Shown here: piece by piece, positions 19,632 to 31,304 of the stretch
Layout: each line of letters begins with the position of its first letter
Numbering within the stretch: position 1 is the stretch's first letter
DNA from: Gammaproteobacteria bacterium
GTDB taxonomy: Bacteria; Pseudomonadota; Gammaproteobacteria; VBWC01
NCBI GenBank assembly: GCA_006218035.1
Contig: VBWC01000017.1
Span: forward strand, 1,408 to 65,407
DNA length: 64,000 bases
Reading direction: 5' to 3'
Program-made: the position numbers and the translations under genes
Notes under the pieces: generated by a model
Databases searched by the model: none
The model's input: only the letters and a program-made list of their open reading frames with translations
Told to the model about the DNA's origin: nothing

Positions 19632-21173
19632 CTAATCCTCGCGTGTCACGCGCAATACTTCTTCCAGCGAGGTTTCGCCGGCCAGCACGCGCTTGATGCC
19701 GTCCTGGCGGATGCTCTTGCTCAGCGTGCGCGCGTATGATTCCATTTCCTGTTCCGATGCGCCGTCGTGCACCATGGCGCGCATCTTGTCGTCCACCTCG
19801 ATCAGCTCATAGATGCCGACCCGGCCGCGGTAGCCGACATGCTTGCAGCTGTTACAGCCGACCGGCGCGTACAGCGTCGGCGGATTGCTCGCCGGCAGCC
19901 ACAGTTCCGCGCAATCGGCCTGGGTTGCGGTATACGCGCGCCGGCATTCGGCGCACAGCACGCGCACCAGGCGCTGCGCCAGTACGCCGATCAGACTGGA
20001 CGACAGCAGAAACGGCTCCACACCCATGTCGCGCAGACGCGTCACCGCGCCGACCGCGCTGTTGGTATGTAACGTCGACAGCACCAGGTGACCGGTCAGA
20101 CTCGCCTGCACGCCGATCTCGGCGGTTTCCAGATCGCGGATTTCACCGACCATGACGACATCCGGATCCTGACGCAGTATCGCGCGCAGGCCGCGCGCGA
20201 ACGTCATGTCGACGCGCGTGTTGACGTGCGTCTGGCTGATACCGTCGATGTAGTACTCGACCGGGTCCTCAACCGTCATGATGTTGCGGCTTTTGTCGTT
20301 GATGCGCGCCAGCGACGCATACAGCGTCGTGGTCTTGCCCGAACCGGTCGGGCCCGTCACCAGAATAATGCCGTGCGGCTTGTGAATCAGCTTGTCGATG
20401 CTCTTGCGCGTGCGCTCGTCCATGCCGAGATTCTCGAGATCGAGCCGGCCGGCCTGCTTGTCGAGCAGACGCAGCACGACGCGTTCACCGTGACCGCTCG
20501 GTATCGTCGATACGCGCACGTCGACGGCGCGGCCGGCGATGCGCAGCGAGATGCGGCCGTCCTGCGGCAGGCGCTTCTCGGCGATATCCAGTTTCGCCAT
20601 GACCTTGATGCGCGACACGATAAGTGGACCGAGCACGCGCCTGGGCTCCAGCACCTCGCGCAGCACGCCGTCGACGCGGATGCGCACCACCAGCCGGTGT
20701 TCGTAGGGTTCGATATGGATGTCGGAGGCGTTGAGCTTGACCGCCTCGGTGAATAACGCGTTCAGCAGCCGGATGATCGGCGCATCATCGGCGCTTTCGA
20801 GCAGGTCTTCCGGCTCCGGCAGTTCCTGCATGAGGCGCGACAGGTCGACCTCGTCGCCGAGGTCGTCCATCAGCTGCATGGCCTCGGACGAACCGCTTTC
20901 GTAGGCCTGTTGCAGCAATGCGTCGAACCGGTCGGGAGAGACAGTCTCGATATGCAAGGGCAGGCCAAGAAAACGCCGCAGTTCGGTCAGTGCGGCGGTC
21001 GATACGCCACTGCGCGTCAGTACCTGCGCGATGTCCTCGCCAATAGCGGTGATCAGCACGCCGTGCCGCTTGGCGAATGTGAACGGCACCTGGCGCTGAC
21101 GGCTACCGGCCTCTGCCGCCGGTGCCGCAACACCCTCGATAGCCAAAGGATTATCGTGCACTACCTCGGTCAT
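19632..21173 (-). CDS. gspE: Type II secretion ATPase E
   Basis: 513 aa. Walker [11 protein letters not shown] and a C-terminal CxxC...CxxC zinc motif. Confidence 0.95.
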   Translation of the reverse strand: MTEVVHDNPLAIEGVAAPAAEAGSRQRQVPFTFAKRHGVLITAIGEDIAQVLTRSGVSTAALTELRRFLGLPLHIETVSPDRFDALLQQAYESGSSEAMQLMDDLGDEVDLSRLMQELPEPEDLLESADDAPIIRLLNALFTEAVKLNASDIHIEPYEHRLVVRIRVDGVLREVLEPRRVLGPLIVSRIKVMAKLDIAEKRLPQDGRISLRIAGRAVDVRVSTIPSGHGERVVLRLLDKQAGRLDLENLGMDERTRKSIDKLIHKPHGIILVTGPTGSGKTTTLYASLARINDKSRNIMTVEDPVEYYIDGISQTHVNTRVDMTFARGLRAILRQDPDVVMVGEIRDLETAEIGVQASLTGHLVLSTLHTNSAVGAVTRLRDMGVEPFLLSSSLIGVLAQRLVRVLCAECRRAYTATQADCAELWLPASNPPTLYAPVGCNSCKHVGYRGRVGIYELIEVDDKMRAMVHDGASEQEMESYARTLSKSIRQDGIKRVLAGETSLEEVLRVTRED

Positions 21174-23284
21174 TTCTCTGTGTTCTGCTTGCCGTCACCG
21201 GCATCGACCGGGAACGACGGCGGCAACTCAAGTTCGTTTGCGGCAGGCGAATTCCTTGCGCCGAACTCGGGTGGCAGTTTCATCATCTCTTCGATCGGCG
21301 GCAGCAGCGCCGGACGCTCGCCGCGCATGATCAGCGATTTGATCTCGCGGCTTTCCAGCTGACGCTCGCGGATAAAATTGTATTTGCTGTTGGTCATAAA
21401 ACTGGCCAGTGCTTCGTCACGCAGGATCACCGGGCGCAGGAATACCATCAGGTTGGTCTTGTCCTTACGCTTGGTGGTGTAGCGGAACAGGTGGCCGAGC
21501 AGCGGGATATCACCGAGCAGCGGCACCTTCTGGACGCTCTCGGTCTGGTTGTCGCGAATCAGGCCGCCGAGGACCACCACGTTGCCGTCGTCGACCATGA
21601 CGGTGGTCTTGATGGATCGCGTGTTGGTGATCGACAACGTCACGTCCTGCCCCGAGCCGGCCAGACTGTCGACGTTCTGCTCGATATTCAGCCGCACCGT
21701 ATTGCCTTCGTTGACCTGCGGTTTCACCTTCAGCGTCAGGCCGACCTTCTTGCGCTCGATGGTCTGGAACGGATTATTGGCGCCGTTGGTCGACGTCGTG
21801 AACGATCCCGTTGTAAACGGCACTTCGTTGCCGACGCTGATTTCGGCCTCGACGTTGTCCATCGTCACCAGCGTCGGTGTCGACAGGATGTTGTTCGCGC
21901 TGTCGCCCTGTAAAGCGCGCAACAGCGCGCCCCAGCCGGTGCCGGAATTGGGGAAGTCGCCGCCGCCGATGGTCAGGCCAGACGGCACGCTGGCGAGGCT
22001 CTTGCGAACATCGTCGCCGCTGCCGCTGGCGGCACCGGCGATCGCGCCGATGCTGCTGCCGGCCGGCCCGAGATTGATCAGACCGACCGGGTTGTTGCGC
22101 GGTCCGTTCTTCTCGCCAAACAGCCATTGCACGCCAAGTTCGGCGGATTTGTCCGACGACACCTCGGCGATGATCGCCTCGACCAGCACCTGCGCGCGGC
22201 GCACGTCGAGCTGTCGGATCACGGCCTGCAACGAGCGGTACACGGCCGGCGGCGCGGTGATCACCAGCGAATTGGTCGCCTCATCGGCCTGGATGTTGAA
22301 CGCCGGCTGCCGGCCCGGTGCCGCCGCCGCGCCGCCTTTCTTCGCCTGCTCTTCCTGCTCGATGCTGCTCCCGACACCGGTAATCACCGGCACCAGGTCC
22401 TTGGCGTTGGCATAGCGCAGGTAGACGACATGGGTATCACCGGTGGTTTCGAGCGGTGTGTCGAGGTGCGCAATCACCGCAAGCAACTGCAGGCGACCGG
22501 AACGCCCGCCGCCGATCAGGATACTGTTGGTGCGCTCATCCGCCATAAGGGTCGGCTGGTCAACCTCGCCGCCCTGCTGTGCGCCCTTGTTCGCCTGCTG
22601 CTGCAGCGCGGTCAGCACGCGGACCACTTCCGCCGCCGAGGCGTATTTCAGCGGCACGATCTCGACCTCATCGACGGTGCGTTTGTCGATGCGCCGGATG
22701 ATCTGTAACAGCCGTTCGATATTCGCGGCGCGATCGGAGATGATCAGGATATTGCTCGGCGGATAGGCGACCAGATGTCCCTGCTGTGGAATCAGCGGCC
22801 GCAGGATCGGCACCAGCTGCGACGCGGCAACGTTCTCGATCTCGATGACACGGGTGACGACCTCGTCGGTCTCCGTCGGCTCGCGCCCGGTGCCGATCGG
22901 CACCGCCGACTGCTTGGCATTCGCCGCCGGGATGATCTTGACCGTATTCCCCAGCGGCACCGCAGCGAAGCCGTGCACCTCCAGGATCGACAGAAAGACG
23001 TCGTAGACTTCCTGCTTCTCCATGGGGCGCGACGAAATGATCGTGACTTTACCCTTGACGCGCGGATCGACAATGAAGTTCTTGCCGGTAATCTCCGCAA
23101 CGGTGCCCACCACCGCGGCGATCTCGGCGTCCTTGGCATTAAATGTGACCGGCTGCGATGCCGCCGGCAACGCCCACAGCACGGCTACGGTAGCCGCCAC
23201 GGCACGCAGCGTGGCGCGCGTTACCCGCCACCTGCTCCGGGGGAACCGCCCGGAGCGGCTAGTTGGTCTGTCCGTTACACCCAT
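21170..23284 (-). CDS. gspD: Type II secretion outer-membrane secretin D
   Basis: 704 aa with secretin-family motifs ([14 protein letters not shown]). Confidence 0.95.
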   Translation of the reverse strand: MGVTDRPTSRSGRFPRSRWRVTRATLRAVAATVAVLWALPAASQPVTFNAKDAEIAAVVGTVAEITGKNFIVDPRVKGKVTIISSRPMEKQEVYDVFLSILEVHGFAAVPLGNTVKIIPAANAKQSAVPIGTGREPTETDEVVTRVIEIENVAASQLVPILRPLIPQQGHLVAYPPSNILIISDRAANIERLLQIIRRIDKRTVDEVEIVPLKYASAAEVVRVLTALQQQANKGAQQGGEVDQPTLMADERTNSILIGGGRSGRLQLLAVIAHLDTPLETTGDTHVVYLRYANAKDLVPVITGVGSSIEQEEQAKKGGAAAAPGRQPAFNIQADEATNSLVITAPPAVYRSLQAVIRQLDVRRAQVLVEAIIAEVSSDKSAELGVQWLFGEKNGPRNNPVGLINLGPAGSSIGAIAGAASGSGDDVRKSLASVPSGLTIGGGDFPNSGTGWGALLRALQGDSANNILSTPTLVTMDNVEAEISVGNEVPFTTGSFTTSTNGANNPFQTIERKKVGLTLKVKPQVNEGNTVRLNIEQNVDSLAGSGQDVTLSITNTRSIKTTVMVDDGNVVVLGGLIRDNQTESVQKVPLLGDIPLLGHLFRYTTKRKDKTNLMVFLRPVILRDEALASFMTNSKYNFIRERQLESREIKSLIMRGERPALLPPIEEMMKLPPEFGARNSPAANELELPPSFPVDAGDGKQNTEK

Positions 23285-23374
23285 CTGCGTGATTGCCTGC
23301 TCGCCGCCACGTGGTAATGTTTATTGTTGAATACCGGCAGTTTAGCCGTGACCGTGCCTGTCTGCACCATAAAA

Positions 23375-24256
23375 CTAGTTCAGTGAAATTACCATCGACC
23401 GGGTGATGCCGTCGCGTATCACCTCAACACTCACCTGGTCCGCGGTCGACAGCGCACGCAATACCTCCAGGCCCTTCATCGGGTTGTCGAGTCTGACACC
23501 ATTCACCGCCGTCACAATGTCGTTAACCTCGATGCCGAATTCTTCGAAAAATTCACGGTCCTTGCCTGGCAACAGCCGGAAGCCCTTAAATTCGCCGTTC
23601 TCGTTGACAGCCTCGGCCCTGACGTACTCACCAAAGCTTTCCGGATTATTAATCAGCGCGTCGCGGTAACCACGCCGTGACAGGCCGCCGTTCGGTTGTT
23701 GCATGGTACGCACTTCGTTGGCGATTTCGGCCGTCACTTCCAGCGTTTCCTTCGGCAGGCGCAGGGTTTCATAACGTCCGCCGCGAAACAGGATGATATG
23801 GGACTCGTGTATTTCCTTTAGCTCGGCCCCGCCGGGCAGTTGCGCGCCGATCGCGTAGAAGTTCTCGCCCCCGGAAGGGTCGGAGATAATTGCCCGCGCG
23901 GTCGCCGCATCACCGGCAAATACCGCGCGCAACACCAGGTTGAGCTTGGTCTCAGGTATGGTTTCCGGCCGCACTGCCGCCACCACCGCGTCCGCCCGCC
24001 CGAACAGATGCAGACCGGCGATCTCCTGCGCCAAAGCGCTGATCACCGGACGTTGCGCGACCGCCGGTCCGCTGTCCATCTGCAGGGCCCGCGTCGCCGC
24101 CGAGTCCGGTCCCGGCGTGATCGCGCGCCAGGTCAACTGCGCGGCACTGGCGGCAAGCAGCGTTATTAGAAGGAGATTGACGATAACCGTCGCCGGTTTG
24201 ACGGTATCTTCGCTGAACGCCGCCGACGTCAGCCTTTTCCAGTCTGGCAGTTGCAT
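23375..24256 (-). CDS. gspC: Type II secretion protein C (PDZ-containing)
   Basis: 293 aa with an N-terminal TM and a C-terminal PDZ-like segment. It is the first gene of the operon. Confidence 0.8.
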   Translation of the reverse strand: MQLPDWKRLTSAAFSEDTVKPATVIVNLLLITLLAASAAQLTWRAITPGPDSAATRALQMDSGPAVAQRPVISALAQEIAGLHLFGRADAVVAAVRPETIPETKLNLVLRAVFAGDAATARAIISDPSGGENFYAIGAQLPGGAELKEIHESHIILFRGGRYETLRLPKETLEVTAEIANEVRTMQQPNGGLSRRGYRDALINNPESFGEYVRAEAVNENGEFKGFRLLPGKDREFFEEFGIEVNDIVTAVNGVRLDNPMKGLEVLRALSTADQVSVEVIRDGITRSMVISLN

Positions 24257-24776
24257 GCCGCTACACCACGCCTTTTCGACTCACCCGCCGATCCGCCACT
24301 ATTCCAACGCCGTGTCTCGTTTTCATGCTTACCGGTGTTCTTCTTCGAGAACACACTCGCAAATTAAGCGTTTGGGTTAGAAAAACAAGAAGATATTGTA
24401 ATCTGAACGGCGTCGCTTTGGCGAAACCGGATCGCGTGCGCGGTACGGGGAGGGCGCTGGCAGGCGCGCTGCCCGCCACACTTTAGTAATACACCGCGAA
24501 TACTAATTGTTCCCCGGCGAAAAACGCGCGCACAAATCCTGCGCGCGCCGGACTGGCCCGGCTGGGCTTATACACAAATACCTTGTGGCGTTACGCGACA
24601 GGCGTTGTAACAGACGGAAATCCCGGAATATTTATAACTTGCTGAATAATATGTGCTTTCATTGTGAAGAAGAACCAGTTCACGCGCTGGATCAACGACA
24701 TGCGGTCGGTCGGCGCATCACTTGACCCCAATATGTCCACAAGGTTATCCACAGGCCCAAAGAGCGGGTAGATACG

Positions 24777-25736
24777 CTAGGCACCGGCGTCCCACAGACG
24801 GCGGATCTGGTTTTCGCCGGCGATGCGCCGCTGCAGTATGCGCTTGAACACCTCGGGGTCCTTGGTGTGTGTGATCTCGCCGGCGCGCGGGAAGTGCTGG
24901 TCTTGCAGCCGGGACAGCCAGAAACGCAACGCCGCTGCACGCAGCATCGCCGGCCACATCTCGCGCTCTTCGGCAGTGACCGCGCGTTGTTCCTGGTAAG
25001 CACCGGTCAGCGCGGTCAGTTTTGCCATATCGAGATCGCCGTCCGGCAGGCTGCACCAGTCGTTAACGGTGACCGCGAGATCATACAGATACGCATCGTT
25101 ACAGGCATAGTAAAAATCGATGACACCCGTCAGCTTGTCGCCGACAAACAGCGCGTTATCGCGGAACAGATCAGCATGAATCACGCCCGCCGGCAACGCG
25201 GTGGATTGATGCCGGGCCTGAAAACGGATTTCGTCGTTAACAAGTGCAATACTCGCGGCATCGAGGCGCGGCGAGACCTGGGATACAACTTTCTGCCACC
25301 AGACCGGCCCGCGATCGTTTTCGCGGTGGTCTTTGAACGCCGCGCCAACTAGATGCATGTGCGCGAGCATCGCACCGATAACCGAGCAATGACGAACCGA
25401 CGGGTTATTCAGGCTGGCGCCATCCAGACGTTGCACCAGCACCGCGGGTTTGCCGCAAAGTTCCTGGAGATATTGCCCATCGCCGTTAGCGATCGGATGC
25501 GCACTCGGGACTCCGTGTTCGGCAAGAAACGCCATCAATTCCAGGAAATACGGCAGGTCGGCACGCGGCACCACTTCGAACAGCGTCAAAACGAACTTGC
25601 CGCAGGTGGTGGTAACGAAGTAGTTGGTGTTCTCTATGCCGTCACTGATGCCTGTGAGATCGACCAGCCCGCCAATCGAATAGCTGCGCAGCAGCCGTTC
25701 GAATTCGTCAAATTCAACGCTCGTGTAAACCGACAT
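24777..25736 (-). CDS. thrB: Homoserine kinase, protein-kinase-fold (type II) ThrB
   Basis: MSVYTSVEFDEFERLL...GIENTNYFV...IHADLFRDN closely resembles the Pseudomonas-type ThrB. Confidence 0.85.
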   Translation of the reverse strand: MSVYTSVEFDEFERLLRSYSIGGLVDLTGISDGIENTNYFVTTTCGKFVLTLFEVVPRADLPYFLELMAFLAEHGVPSAHPIANGDGQYLQELCGKPAVLVQRLDGASLNNPSVRHCSVIGAMLAHMHLVGAAFKDHRENDRGPVWWQKVVSQVSPRLDAASIALVNDEIRFQARHQSTALPAGVIHADLFRDNALFVGDKLTGVIDFYYACNDAYLYDLAVTVNDWCSLPDGDLDMAKLTALTGAYQEQRAVTAEEREMWPAMLRAAALRFWLSRLQDQHFPRAGEITHTKDPEVFKRILQRRIAGENQIRRLWDAGA

Positions 25737-25807
25737 AAAATCAGATCAGCTTTCTGGCGACATCAAACACCGGCGCGTCGCGCCGTGTTCGACATCCCTT
25801 TAATATT

Positions 25808-26128
25808 CTATTTCCAGCGAAACAGTATCCACTGCGGCGTCAACAGATCTGACGCGAGATCGTTACGCCGTGTTTCCAGAACCCCGTCGCCGTCAGTGTC
25901 GACAAGATAGTAAGGGGGTCCCTTGCGCGGCGTCACCTTGATCATGTACAGCTGGCCATTAACACGGTATTCCTCTATCCGCTTGCCGTCCGACTGTATG
26001 ATCGTGACTTCCGGTTCCGTCGCATCGGTATTATCCGTGGCCGCACGCGACTGTGTTTCGTCGGCGCCGGCCATACCCGTCACGACCAGCAGCAACCCTA
26101 TGGCAAAGAAGAGGCGGCGCATAGACAA
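25808..26128 (-). CDS. DUF2782-like periplasmic protein
   Basis: 106 aa with a signal peptide and IEEYRVNGQLYMIKVTPRKGPPYYLVDTDGDG. Its position between thrB and polA matches pseudomonads. Confidence 0.65.
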   Translation of the reverse strand: MSMRRLFFAIGLLLVVTGMAGADETQSRAATDNTDATEPEVTIIQSDGKRIEEYRVNGQLYMIKVTPRKGPPYYLVDTDGDGVLETRRNDLASDLLTPQWILFRWK

Positions 26129-26140
26129 CCCTGATGCATG

Positions 26141-26866
26141 TTAGAGGTCGAGCAGCATTTCCTGCTCTTCGGCGGAAGGCTCGAATCCCCGGTTCTCGTA
26201 GTGGCTGAATATAGCATCAACCACGTCCTTCGGTGTATCCATGATCTGCATAAGATCGAGATCCGCGGCGCTGATGGTGCCTTCGGGAACCAGGGTCGTC
26301 CGGAACCACTTGATCAACCCTTCCCAGAAAGTCGCCGATACGAGAATGATCGGAATGCGCCGCGTTTTCTCGGTCTGGATCAGCGTCAGGATCTCGGCCA
26401 GTTCATCGAGCGTGCCGAATCCGCCCGGCAAAACCACATAGGCGGACGCGTATTTGACGAACATCACCTTGCGCGAAAAGAAGTGACGGAAGTTCAGCGA
26501 GATATCCTGGTACGGGTTCGTATTCTGCTCATGCGGCAGCACGATGTTCAATCCGATGCTCGGCGAGCGTCCCGCGTAGGCGCCCTTGTTGGCCGCTTCC
26601 ATGATACCCGGCCCGCCGCCACTGACGACGCTGAAACCGGCGTTGGATAATTCCAGCGCGATCTCTTCGGCGAGCTTGTAGTAAGGATTGTCCGGCTCGA
26701 AGCGCGCCGAGCCGAATATACTCACCGACGGTTTGATCTGGGCGAGCCGCTCGAAACCCTCGACAAATTCCGCCATGATCTGAAAAATCTTCCAGCTCTC
26801 CCGGTTCAACATGGTATCGTTGATCGGGCGCAGACTGGGGTGCATTGATTTGTGATCGTCGTCCAT
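26141..26866 (-). CDS. LOG family / TIGR00730 Rossmann-fold nucleotide hydrolase
   Basis: VVSGGGPGIMEA and PGGFGTLDE motifs. Confidence 0.85.
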   Translation of the reverse strand: MDDDHKSMHPSLRPINDTMLNRESWKIFQIMAEFVEGFERLAQIKPSVSIFGSARFEPDNPYYKLAEEIALELSNAGFSVVSGGGPGIMEAANKGAYAGRSPSIGLNIVLPHEQNTNPYQDISLNFRHFFSRKVMFVKYASAYVVLPGGFGTLDELAEILTLIQTEKTRRIPIILVSATFWEGLIKWFRTTLVPEGTISAADLDLMQIMDTPKDVVDAIFSHYENRGFEPSAEEQEMLLDL

Positions 26867-26987
26867 TACGTGTACTCACAACCTGATGGGTATGTCGCAG
26901 CACCGGTAAAACGGTGCGTGAGCTGAAGTTTATCACGTTATCCAGTACGTTAAGTTATCGTTCGAAAACCGTCTTTCATTAGCGATC

Positions 26988-29708
26988 ATGGCCCGTTCGG
27001 ACACTAAAACGCTCGTCCTCGTCGACGGTTCGTCATATCTGTATCGCGCATTTCATGCGCTGCCGCCGCTGACCAATTCGCGCGGCGAACCGACCGGCGC
27101 GGTTTACGGTGTCGCCAACATGTTGCGCAAACTGATGGTGGATCTGGCGCCGGATTATGTCGCCGTGGTGTTTGATGCCAAGGGCAAGACGTTTCGGGAC
27201 GATATGTTCGAGCATTACAAGGCGCATCGCCCGCCGATGCCCGCCGATTTGCAGGCACAGATCGAACCGCTGCATGAGCTGGTCGCGGCGCTGGGATTGC
27301 CCTTGCTGATGATCGACGGCGTCGAGGCGGACGATGTCATCGGCACGCTGGCCGTCCGCGCGGCGGCACAGGGAATTGCCACCATCGTCTCGACCGGCGA
27401 CAAGGATCTCGCGCAGCTCGTCAACGAGCAGGTAACACTGATCAATACCATGACCAATACGACGCTCGACCGGCAGGGCGTCATCGACAAGTTCGGCGTG
27501 CCGCCGGAACGGATCATCGATTACCTGGCGCTGGTCGGCGATAGTTCCGACAACATTCCCGGTGTGCCGAAGGTCGGGCCGAAAACCGCGGTCAAATGGC
27601 TGCAGGAACATGGCTCGCTGGATCAGGTCGTTGCCCACGCGGCGGATATCAGCGGCAAGGTCGGCGAGAGTCTGCGCGATCATCTCGAACAACTGGAGTT
27701 GTCGCGGCAACTGGCGACGATACGCTGCGATGTCAGTCTGGATGCCGATCCGGCGCAGCTCCGGCCAGGCCCGCTGGACACTGCCGCGCTACGCGGCATC
27801 TACCAACGCATGGAATTCAAACGCTGGCTGGAAGAGTTACTCGCCGGGGAGGGACGGGCGGTAACGGCGCCAGAATCGACCGCGCCGGCGACGCGTACCG
27901 GCAGGCGATACCAGATAATAGTCAACGAAGACGATTTCAACGCATGGCTTGAGCGCCTGGCCGGCGCCGAGCTGTTCGCGTTCGATACCGAAACCACCCG
28001 CCTTGATTACATGGAAGCGGAAATCGTCGGTGTGTCGTTTGCAATCGAGCCGTTCGAGGCGGCCTATGTGCCGGTCGCCCATGACTATCCGGGCGCACCC
28101 CAGCAGTTATCGCGGGATTACGTGCTGGAACGGCTGCGACCGCTGCTGGAGGACCCGCGCCGCCGCAAGGTCGGCCAGAATCTGAAGTACGACAAAAACG
28201 TGCTCGCCAATTACGCCATCAATCTGACGGGAATCGCGTTCGACACGATGCTCGAATCCTATGTAATCGACAGCAATGCGACGCGACACGATATGGATTC
28301 GATGGCGCTCAAGTATCTCGGCGAGCGCACCGTGCATTTCGCTGACATCGCCGGCAAGGGCGCGCGCCAATTGACCTTCAACCAGATCGACGTGGCCACG
28401 GCGGCCGACTATGCGGCCGAAGACGCCGACGTAACCCTGCGCCTGCATCACGCGTTGTGGCCACGCCTGAGCGAGTTCGCGGGACAGCGCACGCTGTTCG
28501 AAACCATCGAAGTGCCGCTCATCGAGGTACTGTCGCAGATGGAGCGCACCGGTGTACTGGTCGACGCCGGCATGCTCAACGAGCAGAGCCGGATGCTCGC
28601 GACGCGTATCCTCGAGCTGCAACACCAGGCCGAAAACGCGGCGGGCCAGACGTTCAATCTGGCTTCGCCGAAGCAAATCCAGGAAATCCTGTTCGACAAG
28701 CTGGGCCTGCCGGTGCTCTCCAAGACACCTAAGGGGCAGCCATCGACTGCTGAGTCCGTGCTACAGGAGCTCGCGCTCGATTACGACCTGCCGAAAATCC
28801 TGCTCGAACACCGGGCGCTGAGCAAGCTGAAGTCGACGTATACCGACAAGCTGCCCGGGCAGGTCAATCCGCGCACCGGCCGGGTACACACGTCCTATCA
28901 CCAGGCCGTTGCGGCGACCGGGCGATTGTCATCGAGCGATCCTAATCTGCAGAACATCCCGATCCGCTCCGAGGAAGGGCGCCGCATCCGCCAGGCCTTT
29001 GTCGCGCCAGCGGGTTACCGGATTGTCGCGGCCGATTACTCGCAGATCGAACTGCGCATCATGGCGCATCTGTCGGGCGACACAGGTCTTGTCGACGCGT
29101 TCACGCGCGGCGAGGACATCCATCGCGCCACTGCTGCCGAGATCTTTGACGCAAGCCGCGACACGGTAACGACCGAGCAACGGCGCAACGCCAAGGCGAT
29201 CAACTTCGGCCTGATCTACGGAATGTCGGCATTCGGCCTGGCGCGGCAACTGGGTATCGACCGGCAGTCGGCGCAGAAGTACATGGAGCGCTATTTTGCC
29301 CGGTACCCGCAGGTCAAACAGTTCATGGACAACACCCGCGAGCAGGCGCGCGCGCAAGGCTACGTCGAAACGCTGTTCGGCCGGCGGTTGTATCTGCCGG
29401 AGATCCGGTCATCGAACGCCCAACGCCGCCAGTACGCCGAGCGAGCGGCGATCAATGCGCCGATGCAGGGCACGGCGGCCGATATCATCAAGTGCGCGAT
29501 GCTCAAAGTCCATAATTGGCTTATGGAAACCGGGACAGATGCGAAAATGATCATGCAGGTACACGACGAACTGGTGTTTGAGGTCGCGGATACTCGCATC
29601 GACGACTTCGTGACAAATATCCGGCGCCATATGCGCGATGCGGCGGCGCTTTCCGTGCCTCTGGAGGTAGATATCGGGATCGGGAACAATTGGGACGAGG
29701 CTCACTGA
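26988..29708 (+). CDS. polA: DNA polymerase I
   Basis: 906 aa with 5'-3' exonuclease, 3'-5' exonuclease and polymerase motifs ([17 protein letters not shown]). Confidence 0.97.
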   Translation: MARSDTKTLVLVDGSSYLYRAFHALPPLTNSRGEPTGAVYGVANMLRKLMVDLAPDYVAVVFDAKGKTFRDDMFEHYKAHRPPMPADLQAQIEPLHELVAALGLPLLMIDGVEADDVIGTLAVRAAAQGIATIVSTGDKDLAQLVNEQVTLINTMTNTTLDRQGVIDKFGVPPERIIDYLALVGDSSDNIPGVPKVGPKTAVKWLQEHGSLDQVVAHAADISGKVGESLRDHLEQLELSRQLATIRCDVSLDADPAQLRPGPLDTAALRGIYQRMEFKRWLEELLAGEGRAVTAPESTAPATRTGRRYQIIVNEDDFNAWLERLAGAELFAFDTETTRLDYMEAEIVGVSFAIEPFEAAYVPVAHDYPGAPQQLSRDYVLERLRPLLEDPRRRKVGQNLKYDKNVLANYAINLTGIAFDTMLESYVIDSNATRHDMDSMALKYLGERTVHFADIAGKGARQLTFNQIDVATAADYAAEDADVTLRLHHALWPRLSEFAGQRTLFETIEVPLIEVLSQMERTGVLVDAGMLNEQSRMLATRILELQHQAENAAGQTFNLASPKQIQEILFDKLGLPVLSKTPKGQPSTAESVLQELALDYDLPKILLEHRALSKLKSTYTDKLPGQVNPRTGRVHTSYHQAVAATGRLSSSDPNLQNIPIRSEEGRRIRQAFVAPAGYRIVAADYSQIELRIMAHLSGDTGLVDAFTRGEDIHRATAAEIFDASRDTVTTEQRRNAKAINFGLIYGMSAFGLARQLGIDRQSAQKYMERYFARYPQVKQFMDNTREQARAQGYVETLFGRRLYLPEIRSSNAQRRQYAERAAINAPMQGTAADIIKCAMLKVHNWLMETGTDAKMIMQVHDELVFEVADTRIDDFVTNIRRHMRDAAALSVPLEVDIGIGNNWDEAH

Positions 29709-29782
29709 CCGCCAACGGAGTCACCATAGTGATTCGATTGGCGGTTGTCAGATTGTTAAACGACATTTAACAATCCGCTTTT

Positions 29783-29810
29783 GAACTTTTGCCAAACAGC
29801 TTAGTCATAA
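29783..29810 (+). promoter_or_regulatory. Candidate extracytoplasmic-stress sigma (RpoE/AlgU-type) promoter
   Basis: GAACTT (29783-29788), a 16-nt spacer, then TCATA (29805-29809). The remembered consensus is GAACTT-N16/17-TCnnA. Confidence 0.35.
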
Positions 29811-29816
29811 TCTTCG

Positions 29817-29942
29817 GAAGCGTTCATCCCAAACGCTTCGCCGCCCTCCCTCCCTGGGCGGTAACCCCTAACCGGCCTCCCCGGCCGGGAAATGTTGGCC
29901 CCGGTTCAACCTTCCTCCCTAGGACGAACCGGGGTTTTTTTT
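29817..29942 (+). ncRNA. Candidate sRNA in the polA-engB gap (the Spot42/ErsA genomic position). The 5' end is estimated.
   Basis: Four consecutive stem-loops ending in a rho-independent terminator (CCCCGGTTC...GAACCGGGG + T8, 29899-29942). Three loops expose C/U-rich motifs: UCCCUCCC, UCCCC and CCUUCCUCCCU. Confidence 0.4.
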
Positions 29943-30580
29943 GCCTGCTCGAAACCGAGCCACCGATCGAGCACGGTGTGTACATCGTCTATCCCGGTTC
30001 GTTTGGCCGCGGAAAACGCCTGCAGGGTGACTCCACCCGTGCCGCTGACACCGACCGGCAGGTCAAATTCGGTTTTCAACGCCTCGCTAACCTGTGCAAC
30101 TGTCGTGTTAATCGCGCCACGGCCGAGTTTGTCCGCCTTGGTGAGCAGGATGTGCACCGGCATCGCCGCCACCTGGCACCAGGCCAGCATCTGGCGGTCG
30201 AAGTCCGTCAACGGATGGCGGATATCCATGAGCAGGATCACGCCGCGCAGCGATCGCCGTGAGCGCAAGTACTGCTCCAGCAATTGGTCCCAACGGCGTT
30301 TCACTTCGGCGGGCACGCGCGCATACCCATAGCCGGGCAGATCGACTATGCGACGCTCGTCATCAATCCGGAAAAAATTGAGTTGCTGGGTACGTCCCGG
30401 CGTCTTGCTCACTCGGGCGAGGCCGCCGATGCCGGTGATGGCATTGATTGCACTTGATTTCCCGACGTTGGAGCGGCCGCAGAACGCCACCTCGCTACCG
30501 GCTTCAGGCGGCAACTGCGGATAACTCGCGACACTCAGCATGAAAACGGCGCGGTTGTAGGCGGGATTACGCCGTGTCAT
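29906..30580 (-). CDS. engB: Ribosome biogenesis GTP-binding protein YihA/EngB
   Basis: FCGRSNVGKSSAINAI (G1), DLPGYGYA, and LTKADK (G4). I chose the start at internal Met 30580. The listed ORF extends to 30694. Confidence 0.9.
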   Translation of the reverse strand: MTRRNPAYNRAVFMLSVASYPQLPPEAGSEVAFCGRSNVGKSSAINAITGIGGLARVSKTPGRTQQLNFFRIDDERRIVDLPGYGYARVPAEVKRRWDQLLEQYLRSRRSLRGVILLMDIRHPLTDFDRQMLAWCQVAAMPVHILLTKADKLGRGAINTTVAQVSEALKTEFDLPVGVSGTGGVTLQAFSAAKRTGIDDVHTVLDRWLGFEQAKKTPVRPREEG

Positions 30581-30608
30581 GACACAAGAATCCGGTGCGG
30601 GCCGCCGC

Positions 30609-31097
30609 TTATCTCCGGCCCGGGCCGAACAGATAGTTATCCATGCGCGCGCCTTCCTTGCTGACCCGGCGCACCAGGTGATCCAGACTGACAATCGCGT
30701 GTTCGAGCAGATTCACGGCAATGAACGGATGCTCAATACGCAAGCGCCGGTACATCGGGCGCGTCAGCTTCAGCAGCTGGGTATCGCTGGAAAGCGAGCG
30801 CATGCGCAGCAGGCGCGGCTCCTGATCGAAAAACGACATTTCGCCCATCAGCTCGCCTTCGAGCATCCGGCCGACCTCCCGTTCGCGCGTGCCATCGTCA
30901 TAAAAAAGCCCGGCCTCGCCCTTGACGACAAAATACAGCGCCTCGCCTATCGCCCCGATATCCGCGATAATGTCGTCGCGCCCGAAGGTCACCAACTCGG
31001 TGTAGTCGAGCAGGCTCTGCACCTCCTTGACGGTCAGCGATTCGCACAAATAGTGCTGGTTGAGAAACTGGGTTAAATCAATTTTTTCCGGCGACAT
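30609..31097 (-). CDS. Cyclic nucleotide-binding domain protein
   Basis: 162 aa with a cNMP-binding-like core (GELMGEMSFF...RMRSLSS). Confidence 0.65.
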   Translation of the reverse strand: MSPEKIDLTQFLNQHYLCESLTVKEVQSLLDYTELVTFGRDDIIADIGAIGEALYFVVKGEAGLFYDDGTREREVGRMLEGELMGEMSFFDQEPRLLRMRSLSSDTQLLKLTRPMYRRLRIEHPFIAVNLLEHAIVSLDHLVRRVSKEGARMDNYLFGPGRR

Positions 31098-31304
31098 CGG
31101 TCAGGCTCCTCGGCAGTTCGATGATGGTTATAACATAAAGGGTGATTAATTCAATCGCTTAAAGCCGCATGACCTGTATATTAAGCATACCGCGTTGACG
31201 CCATTAATATGCGGTTCATACACAAATGCTTCAATATAGATGGCAGGACAACATTACAAGTTAACCGGGCGATCAGCGCCCCGCCCTCAATCCAAGGTGG
31301 ATAA

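Noticed and set aside
24740-24760. A perfect DnaA box TTATCCACA (with a nearby ATGTCCACA) that might indicate oriC.
   Set aside because: It is a single consensus box, it lies just downstream of the thrB stop codon, and there is no cluster of boxes or AT-rich unwinding element. oriC is more likely outside the window.
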